A stretch of DNA of 64,000 nucleotides from assembly GCA_963575745.1 (NCBI GenBank), contig CAUYUJ010000156.1, positions 1 to 64,000 on the forward strand. The letters are read 5' to 3'. Source of the DNA: Prorocentrum cordatum (Eukaryota). The position numbers and the translations under genes are program-made. Shown piece by piece: positions 36,225-48,848 of the stretch (position 1 is the stretch's first letter; each line of letters starts with the position of its first letter). Under the pieces are notes generated by a model. The model saw only the letters and a list, made by a program, of their open reading frames with translations. It was not told where the DNA came from and searched no databases.

Positions 36225-39200
36225 AGCGTGCCGTCTGGCGCTCCCTCCGCCACAAGGTCATGGGCCCGCGCATGGAACGACAGGGGCTGCGCCTTCGCGA
36301 ACCTGAGCCTGCTCTGGCGTCGTCCGCGACCCCGTGCCCCACCGGGGCACCGCCCTCGCAGCCTCCGCGCCGTCTCGGCCAAGGTCCCGCTGCAGTGCCT
36401 GCGCACGCCTTGTAATGGCCCGCCGCAGCCCTGCCGCTGCCACCTGGAGCGGGTGACCCGGCCCTGTCGGGCACCTCGTGCGCGAGCAGCAAAAGGGGCG
36501 CCAGCAGTGTCAGCCATCTGCTGGTCCCCCCTCTCGTCATCCTCCAGCATCGCGCTGGCGCCCTCCATCGCGCGGGTGACGGCAGCATGTCGCCAAGGAG
36601 AGTCATTGGCGCCTCTGCCCGAGCCGGAGAGGGCGTCCGCCTGCGGCTGCTGGAACTCGGCAGGTTGGCAAAGACGCCTCCTGCCCCATCGCAAGTTGTC
36701 CAGGTGCGTGGAAGTCTTAGCCTTGACCCCGCATTGCCGGCATTTCCATTCGCCGTGAACATCGGAACGCCAAAGGTAGTGGTGTAGTACTTGTGCCTGT
36801 TCCTTCACCTCCCTGTCCTTCGGCACTCGCACCTCTTGATCAACCATACCTTCAGCTGAAACAAAGGCGACTGAGAGTGGAACCCAAGAACCGTGCTCCC
36901 AACTTAGCTTGCGCAAGCGCCATCTTGAGCATGTCAATGTAGCCTTCCGCGTATCCCACACTGCGAGCGCCTCCCACAGCAGAGAATTCCGCCCAGGAAT
37001 TGCCCAACACCTGGTCATACCGCACCGTGCTGTCCATATCGCATGCCACCGCAATATGATCGCAATGAGAATGGCACCAATGGAACCGTGGCGGCAACCG
37101 ATCCATCTGCTCCAATCGTGTGCGTATACGCCTCCAAATGCTTGCATGCCGTGCGCCCGCAGCTGCATTCCACGGTGACCAGCGCTGGCCCTTATCCATC
37201 AGGCCTGACAAATCCGTGACCACATCCAAGACGGGAGGATAGTGCCGCGGCGCCTGTGGGATGCAATACCGCTCCGCCGCGCCAATCGTCTGCTGCGCCC
37301 CTGGCAAGCCTCCGTAGATCGCTCTGGTGGGGTAGCCCTGAGGTGACATCTGTACTGCCGCCCATCCACGCCGCAGAAGTTCTGGAACTGGACGGGATGG
37401 CCGAGCCGTCTGTGAAGACCGTCGTAGGCCAGGTGCCAGTGTCGCTGCTCCAATCGCCCCAGCACTGCACATGTGGCGTCCAGCACCGCCATCCGGCAGT
37501 CGCCTGGCACGAAGGGCGTTCCAACACGTAGGTCGTAGCAGTCGTCAGTAACCAAAGGCGTCCGTAGAGTGCCATGCTCCAATGCCGAGTCTCTGTACTT
37601 GATCGGCTCCTCAGGCGTCGGGTGGTCTTCCTCCTCCTCCAGAAGCTGGCGATTAGTAGCAGGGCAGCGGTAGCAGACGTGACCGATGCACTCCTCCTCA
37701 ACACCACAGCCTCGGCACATGGTAGAGTCCGACTTGTAATGCTGGTGGAGCTTGACTTGCGTCCACGATGAACCAGACCATAACGATCATAAAGCCCCCG
37801 CCACCTTCGGGTTCTGTAGTGCTGCATGCCGACCTCCGACACAGGCTCGTAAACACCGTGCCCAGATATGGGTACCAGGATCCACGCCATGATGTTGTTG
37901 CACCCTTCGCGTCTGCCACCGCTGCATCCCGTGCCGCAACAGGTCTCGCATCGCCATTGGATCCAACCGTAATAGTGGTCAGGATTGCCCTTAAACGTCG
38001 CGTATCACAGTACGGGAAATCATGAACCAGTCCACTCGTGCAAGCGATAGCTAAACCACCGCCAACGGCCCACGCGCATTCCTCCGAGATATCTGTTGGG
38101 TCCGTAGTACCTGCCGAGCCCGCTCCCACCGGCCCGAGCTGAAGGATTGATCCCAGATGGCCCGATGGCATGCAAAGAGCGGCGCGGTGGTGGCCTCAAA
38201 GATAGGGTCGTGCCAAGGATCCCCCCTGAGTAGCCAGTATAACGTGCTGCTACCACCTCGCCCAGCGCACCCTGTCATAATGGTAGCCGCCTGTCGTGAC
38301 TCACGTAGCTCCGTGTCCGAAACACCGCTGACCGCGGCACCGTGTCCTCCCGATGGTAGTAACCCAGTCCTCCGCGGCTTCGTTACCAGTAGCCCTGCAC
38401 TCAGCTTGAACTGCATAACGCGCCTCGGCCGTAGTTTGAGGACCAGATGCCGCTTGGCCGGAACGCCTCTCCGTATCATTCGCCCTTATAGCTCGTGCCC
38501 CAGGTTCCGTTTGTGTCTTTGTGGCGGGATCTTGCAGTAGTCTGACGCCGCGCGAGAAGCCTTAATCGCCGCCGCACTAGTAGCCGCGAACCCAGACCTG
38601 CTAGCTTGAATGACCAGGCCCAACTGTTGCACATCCACAACGAACCCACGCAATGCCTTCCAGTACCGTCGTATCTGTGCTAAGTCCTGCCCCGTCCACT
38701 GGGCAGAAACGTTGTCCACCACAGCTCGCGGAATGGTAGCAGGAGAAGCCGACCATCGCATCGTCTTTGCAGTGTGCAACGTGAGTAACTGCGTGGACTG
38801 ACTGAAACCCGCCAAGATCCCTTGCCAGGACTGGTAACATGTGGACAGTGACCCATCACACTGTATCGCCCTGGATTGCGTGTGGCACTGCAAGATCATC
38901 CAGGTCAAGCGCGCAGGAAAACCTTCTTCCATACTCTGCTGTAAGAGCGCCGAAGGTAGCACCGACTCAAAAGCCTTCCAGGCGCCCAACAGTGCAGTCA
39001 CCGAGTGGTCCGAGAGTAAGTGGGCCACCTCCGCATGCAAGTTGCGATCGAATGCGGACGCGGTAGACGACCGCCCTGCACCTCCAATTCCCCAGATCTC
39101 CGCCACAGCCGCTTGCTGTAACCACTGCCGTGTTGCTGAAACGCGCGCGCAACTACAACCCGATCAATGTGTTGACCAAGCATATCAAGCGGCTACCTCC

Positions 39201-41203
39201 ATCGGGTTTGCCCAATCTGACTAGGTGGTTGAGAATCCGCTGTGATGGCCAACATCCCAACTGCTCGCATCGGTTGTAGAGCGCAGCCAGGGCCTCCAAC
39301 CCGATATCTGAAACCTGCCACATGGCTCGCGGTGCGATACTTGTCTGTCCCGCAGAGGTAGTGCCAGGGAAGGTGAGGAGTGCCGTGTGCAACTGAGCCC
39401 CTGTGAGTGGTGGTAGCTGATTTCCTAGACCAAGCCCATCCGCTCTAGGTGGCCCAGTAAGCCCATGATGCGTCCAGACCGTCGTCCACTCGAGTAGTTC
39501 GCGATCGGCGACCCCATGTGGGCTAGCGTACACCATGAGTAGTATTTTGTCGACATGTCCAGGGGCTTGGTGTCCCTGCGCGCAATGCCAGCGCCCTTGT
39601 GGAAAGCCTGCTGAACCCAAGTCTTCCAAGCACGATGCCGCTCTTTAGCTGCCGCCTTCTGCTCCGCCGCCTGAACGATGTAGTCAACCTGAGACTCGAG
39701 AGTATCCCGAGCCAGGACTCCAACGCCCGTCTGAAAGAAGAGTTGTACCTTGTGAGGTAGTTCTCTGAGGGTGCGGTGATGCGACCCCACCTTCATAGTA
39801 AATGCAACTGTCTCCTTCAGTATCTGTATCACGTGCGCACATTGTCCCTGGAATATCGCACAAGCCGTATTCGCCTTCTCAAGTTGCTTGAGGTAACTGC
39901 CAAGATGCTGTTGGGTCCGACGTAGCTGCGTAGCCCATCTGCACGCGATCTACCAACATTGCACCTCCCATCTGACATATGTCCTCCGCCCTGGTGGTCT
40001 TCACTTCACGGAATCCCATTTGCAACTGACGTGACCGCCCCGACCCAAATGCTTGAATCGATGGCTACCGTGCAAATGCCAACTTGATGCCAGCTCTGTC
40101 CCGATACACTGCAACGTTGCATCCCAAGCCACCTGCAATGTCCGGTCATCCACTGCTTCCGTAGTAAGCCGCTGCACCGAGATCCAGTCATGCCGTTGCG
40201 GGAAATAGGCACACCCCACTTGCTAGGTAGCACAAAAGCCCAGAGGTTCAGTCAAGACTCTCTTCCACGTAGCTGCGTCGCGTACTGTAGCCCGAAAGTG
40301 CACCGGTGTGTGTAGTGACTGCAGTGCCGCGATCCACTACATGTTCCAGCAAGCGCGCCTGTAAGTTAACCGTGGCAATTGCAGAATCGTAAACTTTCTA
40401 CCAGAGATAGACTTCAAACACGTGGGTTCCGCAGGTTGATGCAGATGTCCGTGAACTGTTCGTAACCGCGCGAAGTCCCATTCTGATGGTTCCAACTTTC
40501 AGTCCCCAAGGACCATCCAGTCCATTCCTATTATGTTCAGCAAGCCCACATATCGCATGACGCCCTCGATGATGTAGACGCTCTCGGGGCTGAGGCCTTC
40601 GCTGTCGTGCAAGTAGACGCTCACGATGATCAGCCCCTTGGCGACGCCCCAGTGGACGCGGGCAGCAGTGAAGCTTTCCGTCGGCAGACCAGCCTGGCCA
40701 AGGAAGGGGGCTTCCGTGACCATGATGTCGGTAGTAGCTAACATGCAAACGCCCCTGCTGGTTTCGCCGTCCTCTGTCAGTAAGGCATCTGACCAAACCC
40801 CGTGGTAGCCTAAGTCCAGCGCCTGCTGCCGAATAGAATGCAATCGATCGCCCTATGCCCCTGAACCGCAATGACCTTCCCAGGTGGTGTCTGAGCCAGT
40901 TAGTAGTCCACCGCAGTGCTCGCACCGGAGACGCTGACCGTGGTGATGGCGCCCTTCACCTCATCCAGCGAGTCCGTGTCCCTTGTGCCATAGGTCCTGG
41001 CCTGGCCGCCGATGTACTCGCCCTGCTCTGCCGACGAAGTACGAGCGCGGGCCGTAGGCTGCCTCGTCGCAGTACCCGACGTCAAAGGCGATGGCCCGCC
41101 TGGCGCTCCCTTCCCGAGAGCCTCGGTCTCAACAGGCACAGCCGCGCAGCCCTGCCCGCCGAGCCTTCCAAGGGAGAGGGCAGCAGCTGAAGACAACCCT
41201 GAC
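36225..41203 (-). pseudogene. Non-LTR retrotransposon ORF2 remnant (AP endonuclease, RT, Zn motif, RNase H), unit 1
   Basis: APE-like IVSVYLH..WMVLGD; RT-like LGKPDGGSRLI, WKAFESV, QGILAG, VVDN; CRGCG..GHVCYRC; RNase H-like VFTDGS, AAERY, VTD, HWCHSH, GNSWAE; many frameshifts. Confidence 0.9.
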
Positions 41204-43869
41204 TGGGCCCACCCAAGTTGGGGGTTCGACTCTCTGCGCAACCCCCTCCGGCCTGCGAGCCGAAGCCCCTGAAACCAGGTCGAAGTGAGACAAGCCTCTG
41301 ATGGCTGCACCCGGCCGCCTTCGCGGGCGGGCGCGCGCGCAAGCTGGCGGCGCTGCAGCGCAGCGAGGAGACGAGGACTAGGAAGAGGAGGGGAAGGGAG
41401 GGGAAGAGAGGAGGAAGGAGACGAGGAGGAAGAGAGGAGGAAGAGCGGAGACGAGGAGGCGCAGCGAGGAGACGAGGAGAAGAGAGGGGAGGGAGGAGGA
41501 CGAGGACGAGGACGAGGACGGGAGGCGACCGCTGCGCACGGCGCGCGGCGAGAAGAGCGCACGGGGCGAGGCCTCGGCCGCGGGGCGCAGAGCTCCGCCT
41601 TTGCCTCACGTCGGGCCCGTCCCTCTGCAGGGGGGATGTTCAAAGATAGCAACAAAAATACTCTGGGGACGATGTCTTGAGCATTTGTGTTGGTCATTTG
41701 GGGGTATTTGGGGGGCATTTGGGGTCCTTTTGTCCTCATTTTGGGGCAGTTTTGGGGTATTTTGGGGGTATTTTTGATTTTGGGGCATTTTTGCTGCACC
41801 TTTTGATATTTGGGGGTACTTTTGAGTATTTGTTGATCCTGTTGGGGGTATTTTTGGGGTACTTTTGCTTTTTCGTCCAAAATCCCCCTGCAGGGGGACA
41901 GGCTCGACTCAGGCCTTGCCCCCCTGGGCCCCCCCCCGCCTCCCCCCGCGCACGGCGCGAGGAGGAGGCGCCGGCGCCCGGCGCGGCGGCGGAGGGCGCC
42001 GCCCCCGAGCCGGGCGAGGGCGCCGCCGCCGCGGGGGAGGGCGGCGCGGTCGCGGAGAGCGACGGCGCGGAGGCGCCCCCTGGGCGTGGGAAAAGAGGGA
42101 GGGGCAGGCCCAGAGCAGTGCTTATGCATGTATTGTGCACTTGTCAAGCGCCATGCAAGTCACCTTACCAGCGTCCGGAAGAACGCACCCGCGCGTCTCC
42201 TCCTCCTCCTCCTCCTCCTCCTCCTCCTCCTCCTCCTCCTCCTCCTCCTCCTCCTCCTCCTCCTCCTCCTGCGCCTCCTGCTCCTCCCTGCCTGACCTCC
42301 CCCCCGCCCCCTTTCCCCGGAGGACTCCGCCCCGCCGCCCGAGCTGGAGCAGCCGCCGGCCTCCCCGGAGGCGCTGGCTGGCACTCCTGCCGCCGCGGCG
42401 GAGGAGGCCGCCGCACAAGGGGACGGCCAGGCGCTCTTCCTCGCCCCTCCCTCGACCCCGATTTGTTCATTATTCTTTTTCATGGTTCTTCCTCTTCTTC
42501 TTCTTCTTATTATTATTATTATTCTTCCTCTTCCTCTTTCTCTTCCTCCCTCCCTTCTCCCTCCCTCTCCTTCCTCCTCGGCCTCCTCTTCCCCCTCCTC
42601 CACGAGCCTCCTCCCTCTCGTCCTCCTCCTCGTCCTCCTTCCCTTCCTCCCTCCTTCCCTTCCTGTCCCCCCTGTCCTCGAGGCCCGCGTCCATGCATGT
42701 TCCTTCTGGACGGCTCCTCTTGGTCGCACACCGAGGCCAAACGAAAGGGCGGGCTGGGCGTTGGGCCTGAGACTTCCTCACCAATTCTGACCCTGAAGCT
42801 TTACAGTCGGGGCCCTGGAGAAGGAACCCTTTTGGTTGGGGAGGGGCTCCGCGTTCCTTAAGTGTTTCACAGCTTGCCTCAGGTTTTCCTTATGTTTTCG
42901 ATGGGAAATCGAAGGTTAACTTATGGAAAAAAGGGACCTCGTTCCTTATTTGGGGTTCCTTAGGCCAACGCCCCGACGGTAATTGACAGCAGCTTCACAG
43001 ACGGAGGGCGGGTCGCTTCCAACATGTGGCTCTCGCCTCAGCGTCGCTCGCATTCGTCATGCGCATCGGCAAGGGTTTCACTGATTGTGGGCGGGCAGTT
43101 TTCCAGAGTGTGGCTCCTGCCTTAGCGCCGCGCCCACCCGTTTCAGGCATGTCCTAGAGCTTCACGGGTTGAGGGCAGGTGGTGTTCAACATGTGGTTCT
43201 CGCATTAGTGCCGCGCGCATTCGTGTCAAACATGCGTAAGCGTTTCGCTGATTGATGGAGGTTCCTTCTCAACATGTGGCTATCGCCTCAGCGCCGCGCA
43301 CCTCCACGTCAAACATCTGCAAGAGCTGCACGGATTGAGGGTGGCTCCTTTTCAACATGTGGCTCTCACCTTAGCGCCGCGCACATTCGTCTTCAAAATT
43401 GCCAAGAGTTTCACGGATTCCCATGGTCAACGTGTCAGAAATAAGGTTTTGGATATACTCTGGTTTGTGAGGGTGCATCAGTTATGTTAATTCGTGGTGA
43501 AGTCCTAGGAATGGTTTCTGGCACGGTTCCGGATCGTCAAGACGCAACAGCCATGTTGATTCGTGGCGTTGGAGTCCCGAGAATGTTGTTTTGGCACGCT
43601 CCAGGGTCATCAAACGGTTGTCTCCCAACGAGGCGGTTCCCACAGTGGAGATGAACCCTTTTGGGGGCCTCTGAAGAGGGAGCTTGGAGGAAGGCTTTAT
43701 TCCAACATCGTTGATGGGTCTTGGGTTCACGCTGGTCCTCCTCCTCCTTCTCCTCATCGTCCTCCTCCTTTCTTCCCCTCCTCTCTCCCCCTTCTCCTCC
43801 TGCTCCTCCTCCTTCCCTGCTCCTCCGTCTCCTCTCCCTCCTCCTCCTCCTCCTCCTTCTCCTCCTCCG

Positions 43870-46800
43870 AGCGTGCCGTCTGGCGCTCCCTCCGCCACAA
43901 GGTCATGGGCCCGCGCATGGAACGACAGGGGCTGCGCCTTCGCGAACCTGAGCCTGCTCTGGCGTCGTCCGCGACCCCGTGCCCCACCGGGGCACCGCCC
44001 TCGCAGCCTCCGCGCCGTCTCGGCCAAGGTCCCGCTGCAGTGCCTGCGCACGCCTTGTAATGGCCCGCCGCAGCCCTGCCGCTGCCACCTGGAGCGGGTG
44101 ACCCGGCCCTGTCGGGCACCTCGTGCGCGAGCAGCAAAAGGGGCGCCAGCAGTGTCAGCCATCTGCTGGTCCCCCCTCTCGTCATCCTCCAGCATCGCGC
44201 TGGCGCCCTCCATCGCGCGTGTGACGGCAGCATGTCGCCAAGGAGAGTCATTGGCGCCTCTGCCCGAGCCGGAGAGGGCGTCCGCCTGCGGCTGCTGGAA
44301 CTCGGCAGGTTGGCAAAGACGCCTCCTGCCCCATCGCAAGTTGTCCAGGTGCGTGGAAGTCTTAGCCTTGACCCCGCATTGCCGGCATTTCCATTCGCCG
44401 TGAACATCGGAACGCCAAAGGTAGTGGTGTAGTACTTGTGCCTGTTCCTTCACCTCCCTGTCCTTCGGCACTCGCACCTCTTGATCAACCATACCTTCAG
44501 CTGAAACAAAGGCGACTGAGAGTGGAACCCAAGAACCGTGCTCCCAACTTAGCTTGCGCAAGCGCCATCTTGAGCATGTCAATGTAGCCTTCCGCGTATC
44601 CCACACTGCGAGCGCCTCCCACAGCAGAGAATTCCGCCCAGGAATTGCCCAACACCTGGTCATACCGCACCGTGCTGTCCATATCGCATGCCACCGCAAT
44701 ATGATCGCAATGAGAATGGCACCAATGGAACCGTGGCGGCAACCGATCCATCTGCTCCAATCGTGTGCGTATACGCCTCCAAATGCTTGCATGCCGTGCG
44801 CCCGCAGCTGCATTCCACGGTGACCAGCGCTGGCCCTTATCCATCAGGCCTGACAAATCCGTGACCACATCCAAGACGGGAGGATAGTGCCGCGGCGCCT
44901 GTGGGATGCAATACCGCTCCGCCGCGCCAATCGTCTGCTGCGCCCCTGGCAAGCCTCCGTAGATCGCTCTGGTGGGGTAGCCCTGAGGTGACATCTGTAC
45001 TGCCGCCCATCCACGCCGCAGAAGTTCTGGAACTGGACGGGATGGCCGAGCCGTCTGTGAAGACCGTCGTAGGCCAGGTGCCAGTGTCGCTGCTCCAATC
45101 GCCCCAGCACTGCACATGTGGCGTCCAGCACCGCCATCCGGCAGTCGCCTGGCACGAAGGGCGTTCCAACACGTAGGTCGTAGCAGTCGTCAGTAACCAA
45201 AGGCGTCCGTAGAGTGCCGTGCTCCAATGCCGAGTCTCTGTACTTGATCGGCTCCTCAGGCGTCGGGTGGTCTTCCTCCTCCTCCAGAAGCTGGCGATTA
45301 GTAGCAGGGCAGCGGTAGCAGACGTGACCGATGCACTCCTCCTCAACACCACAGCCTCGGCACATGGTAGAGTCCGACTTGTAATGCTGGTGGAGCTTGA
45401 CTTGCGTCCACGATGAACCAGACCATAACGATCATAAAGCCCCCGCCACCTTCGGGTTCTGTAGTGCTGCATGCCGACCTCCGACACAGGCTCGTAAACA
45501 CCGTGCCCAGATATGGGTACCAGGATCCACGCCATGATGTTGTTGCACCCTTCGCGTCTGCCACCGCTGCATCCCGTGCCGCAACAGGTCTCGCATCGCC
45601 ATTGGATCCAACCGTAATAGTGGTCAGGATTGCCCTTAAACGTCGCGTATCACAGTACGGGAAATCATGAACCAGTCCACTCGTGCAAGCGATAGCTAAA
45701 CCACCGCCAACGGCCCACGCGCATTCCTCCGAGATATCTGTTGGGTCCGTAGTACCTGCCGAGCCCGCTCCCACCGGCCCGAGCTGAAGGATTGATCCCA
45801 GATGGCCCGATGGCATGCAAAGAGCGGCGCGGTGGTGGCCTCAAAGATAGGGTCGTGCCAAGGATCCCCCCTGAGTAGCCAGTATAACGTGCTGCTACCA
45901 CCTCGCCCAGCGCACCCTGTCATAATGGTAGCCGCCTGTCGTGACTCACGTAGCTCCGTGTCCGAAACACCGCTGACCGCGGCACCGTGTCCTCCCGATG
46001 GTAGTAACCCAGTCCTCCGCGGCTTCGTTACCAGTAGCCCTGCACTCAGCTTGAACTGCATAACGCGCCTCGGCCGTAGTTTGAGGACCAGATGCCGCTT
46101 GGCCGGAACGCCTCTCCGTATCATTCGCCCTTATAGCTCGTGCCCCAGGTTCCGTTTGTGTCTTTGTGGCGGGATCTTGCAGTAGTCTGACGCCGCGCGA
46201 GAAGCCTTAATCGCCGCCGCACTAGTAGCCGCGAACCCAGACCTGCTAGCTTGAATGACCAGGCCCAACTGTTGCACATCCACAACGAACCCACGCAATG
46301 CCTTCCAGTACCGTCGTATCTGTGCTAAGTCCTGCCCCGTCCACTGGGCAGAAACGTTGTCCACCACAGCTCGCGGAATGGTAGCAGGAGAAGCCGACCA
46401 TCGCATCGTCTTTGCAGTGTGCAACGTGAGTAACTGCGTGGACTGACTGAAACCCGCCAAGATCCCTTGCCAGGACTGGTAACATGTGGACAGTGACCCA
46501 TCACACTGTATCGCCCTGGATTGCGTGTGGCACTGCAAGATCATCCAGGTCAAGCGCGCAGGAAAACCTTCTTCCATACTCTGCTGTAAGAGCGCCGAAG
46601 GTAGCACCGACTCAAAAGCCTTCCAGGCGCCCAACAGTGCAGTCACCGAGTGGTCCGAGAGTAAGTGGGCCACCTCCGCATGCAAGTTGCGATCGAATGC
46701 GGACGCGGTAGACGACCGCCCTGCACCTCCAATTCCCCAGATCTCCGCCACAGCCGCTTGCTGTAACCACTGCCGTGTTGCTGAAACGCGCGCGCAACTA

Positions 46801-48848
46801 CAACCCGATCAATGTGTTGACCAAGCATATCAAGCGGCTACCTCCATCGGGTTTGCCCAATCTGACTAGGTGGTTGAGAATCCGCTGTGATGGCCAACAT
46901 CCCAACTGCTCGCATCGGTTGTAGAGCGCAGCCAGGGCCTCCAACCCGATATCTGAAACCTGCCACATGGCTCGCGGTGCGATACTTGTCTGTCCCGCAG
47001 AGGTAGTGCCAGGGAAGGTGAGGAGTGCCGTGTGCAACTGAGCCCCTGTGAGTGGTGGTAGCTGATTTCCTAGACCAAGCCCATCCGCTCTTGGTGGCCC
47101 AGTAAGCCCATGATGCGTCCAGACCGTCGTCCACTCGAGTAGTTCGCGATCGGCGACCCCATGTGGGCTAGCGTACACCATGAGTAGTATTTTGTCGACA
47201 TGTCCAGGGGCTTGGTGTCCCTGCGCGCAATGCCAGCGCCCTTGTGGAAAGCCTGCTGAACCCAAGTCTTCCAAGCACGATGCCGCTCTTTAGCTGCCGC
47301 CTTCTGCTCCGCCGCCTGAACGATGTAGTCAACCTGAGACTCGAGAGTATCCCGAGCCAGGACTCCAACGCCCGTCTGAAAGAAGAGTTGTACCTTGTGA
47401 GGTAGTTCTCTGAGGGTGCGGTGATGCGACCCCACCTTCATAGTAAATGCAACTGTCTCCTTCAGTATCTGTATCACGTGCGCACATTGTCCCTGGAATA
47501 TCGCACAAGCCGTATTCGCCTTCTCAAGTTGCTTGAGGTAACTGCCAAGATGCTGTTGGGTCCGACGTAGCTGCGTAGCCCATCTGCACGCGATCTACCA
47601 ACATTGCACCTCCCATCTGACATATGTCCTCCGCCCTGGTGGTCTTCACTTCACGGAATCCCATTTGCAACTGACGTGACCGCCCCGACCCAAATGCTTG
47701 AATCGATGGCTACCGTGTAAATGCCAACTTGATGCCAGCTCTGTCCCGATACACTGCAACGTTGCATCCCAAGCCACCTGCAATGTCCGGTCATCCACTG
47801 CTTCCGTAGTAAGCCGCTGCACCGAGATCCAGTCATGCCGTTGCGGGAAATAGGCACACCCCACTTGCTAGGTAGCACAAAAGCCCAGAGGTTCAGTCAA
47901 GACTCTCTTCCACGTAGCTGCGTCGCGTACTGTAGCCCGAAAGTGCACCGGTGTGTGTAGTGACTGCAGTGCCGCGATCCACTACATGTTCCAGCAAGCG
48001 CGCCTGTAAGTTAACCGTGGCAATTGCAGAATCGTAAACTTTCTACCAGAGATAGACTTCAAACACGTGGGTTCCGCAGGTTGATGCAGATGTCCGTGAA
48101 CTGTTCGTAACCGCGCGAAGTCCCATTCTGATGGTTCCAACTTTCAGTCCCCAAGGACCATCCAGTCCATTCCTATTATGTTCAGCAAGCCCACATATCG
48201 CATGACGCCCTCGATGATGTAGACGCTCTCGGGGCTGAGGCCTTCGCTGTCGTGCAAGTAGACGCTCACGATGATCAGCCCCTTGGCGACGCCCCAGTGG
48301 ACGCGGGCAGCAGTGAAGCTTTCCGTCGGCAGACCAGCCTGGCCAAGGAAGGGGGCTTCCGTGACCATGATGTCGGTAGTAGCTAACATGCAAACGCCCC
48401 TGCTGGTTTCGCCGTCCTCTGTCAGTAAGGCATCTGACCAAACCCCGTGGTAGCCTAAGTCCAGCGCCTGCTGCCGAATAGAATGCAATCGATCGCCCTA
48501 TGCCCCTGAACCGCAATGACCTTCCCAGGTGGTGTCTGAGCCAGTTAGTAGTCCACCGCAGTGCTCGCACCGGAGACGCTGACCGTGGTGATGGCGCCCT
48601 TCACCTCATCCAGCGAGTCCGTGTCCCTTGTGCCATAGGTCCTGGCCTGGCCGCCGATGTACTCGCCCTGCTCTGCCGACGAAGTACGAGCGCGGGCCGT
48701 AGGCTGCCTCGTCGCAGTACCCGACGTCAAAGGCGATGGCCCGCCTGGCGCTCCCTTCCCGAGAGCCTCGGTCTCAACAGGCACAGCCGCGCAGCCCTGC
48801 CCGCCGAGCCTTCCAAGGGAGAGGGCAGCAGCTGAAGACAACCCTGAC
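43870..48848 (-). pseudogene. Same LINE ORF2 remnant, unit 2
   Basis: Near-identical, with the same disablements. Confidence 0.9.

Noticed and set aside
36225..41203. Active RT gene, retron or group II intron
   Set aside because: Multiple frameshifts and stops, catalytic motif reads VVDN, and the APE-RT-RNase H order is that of a LINE.
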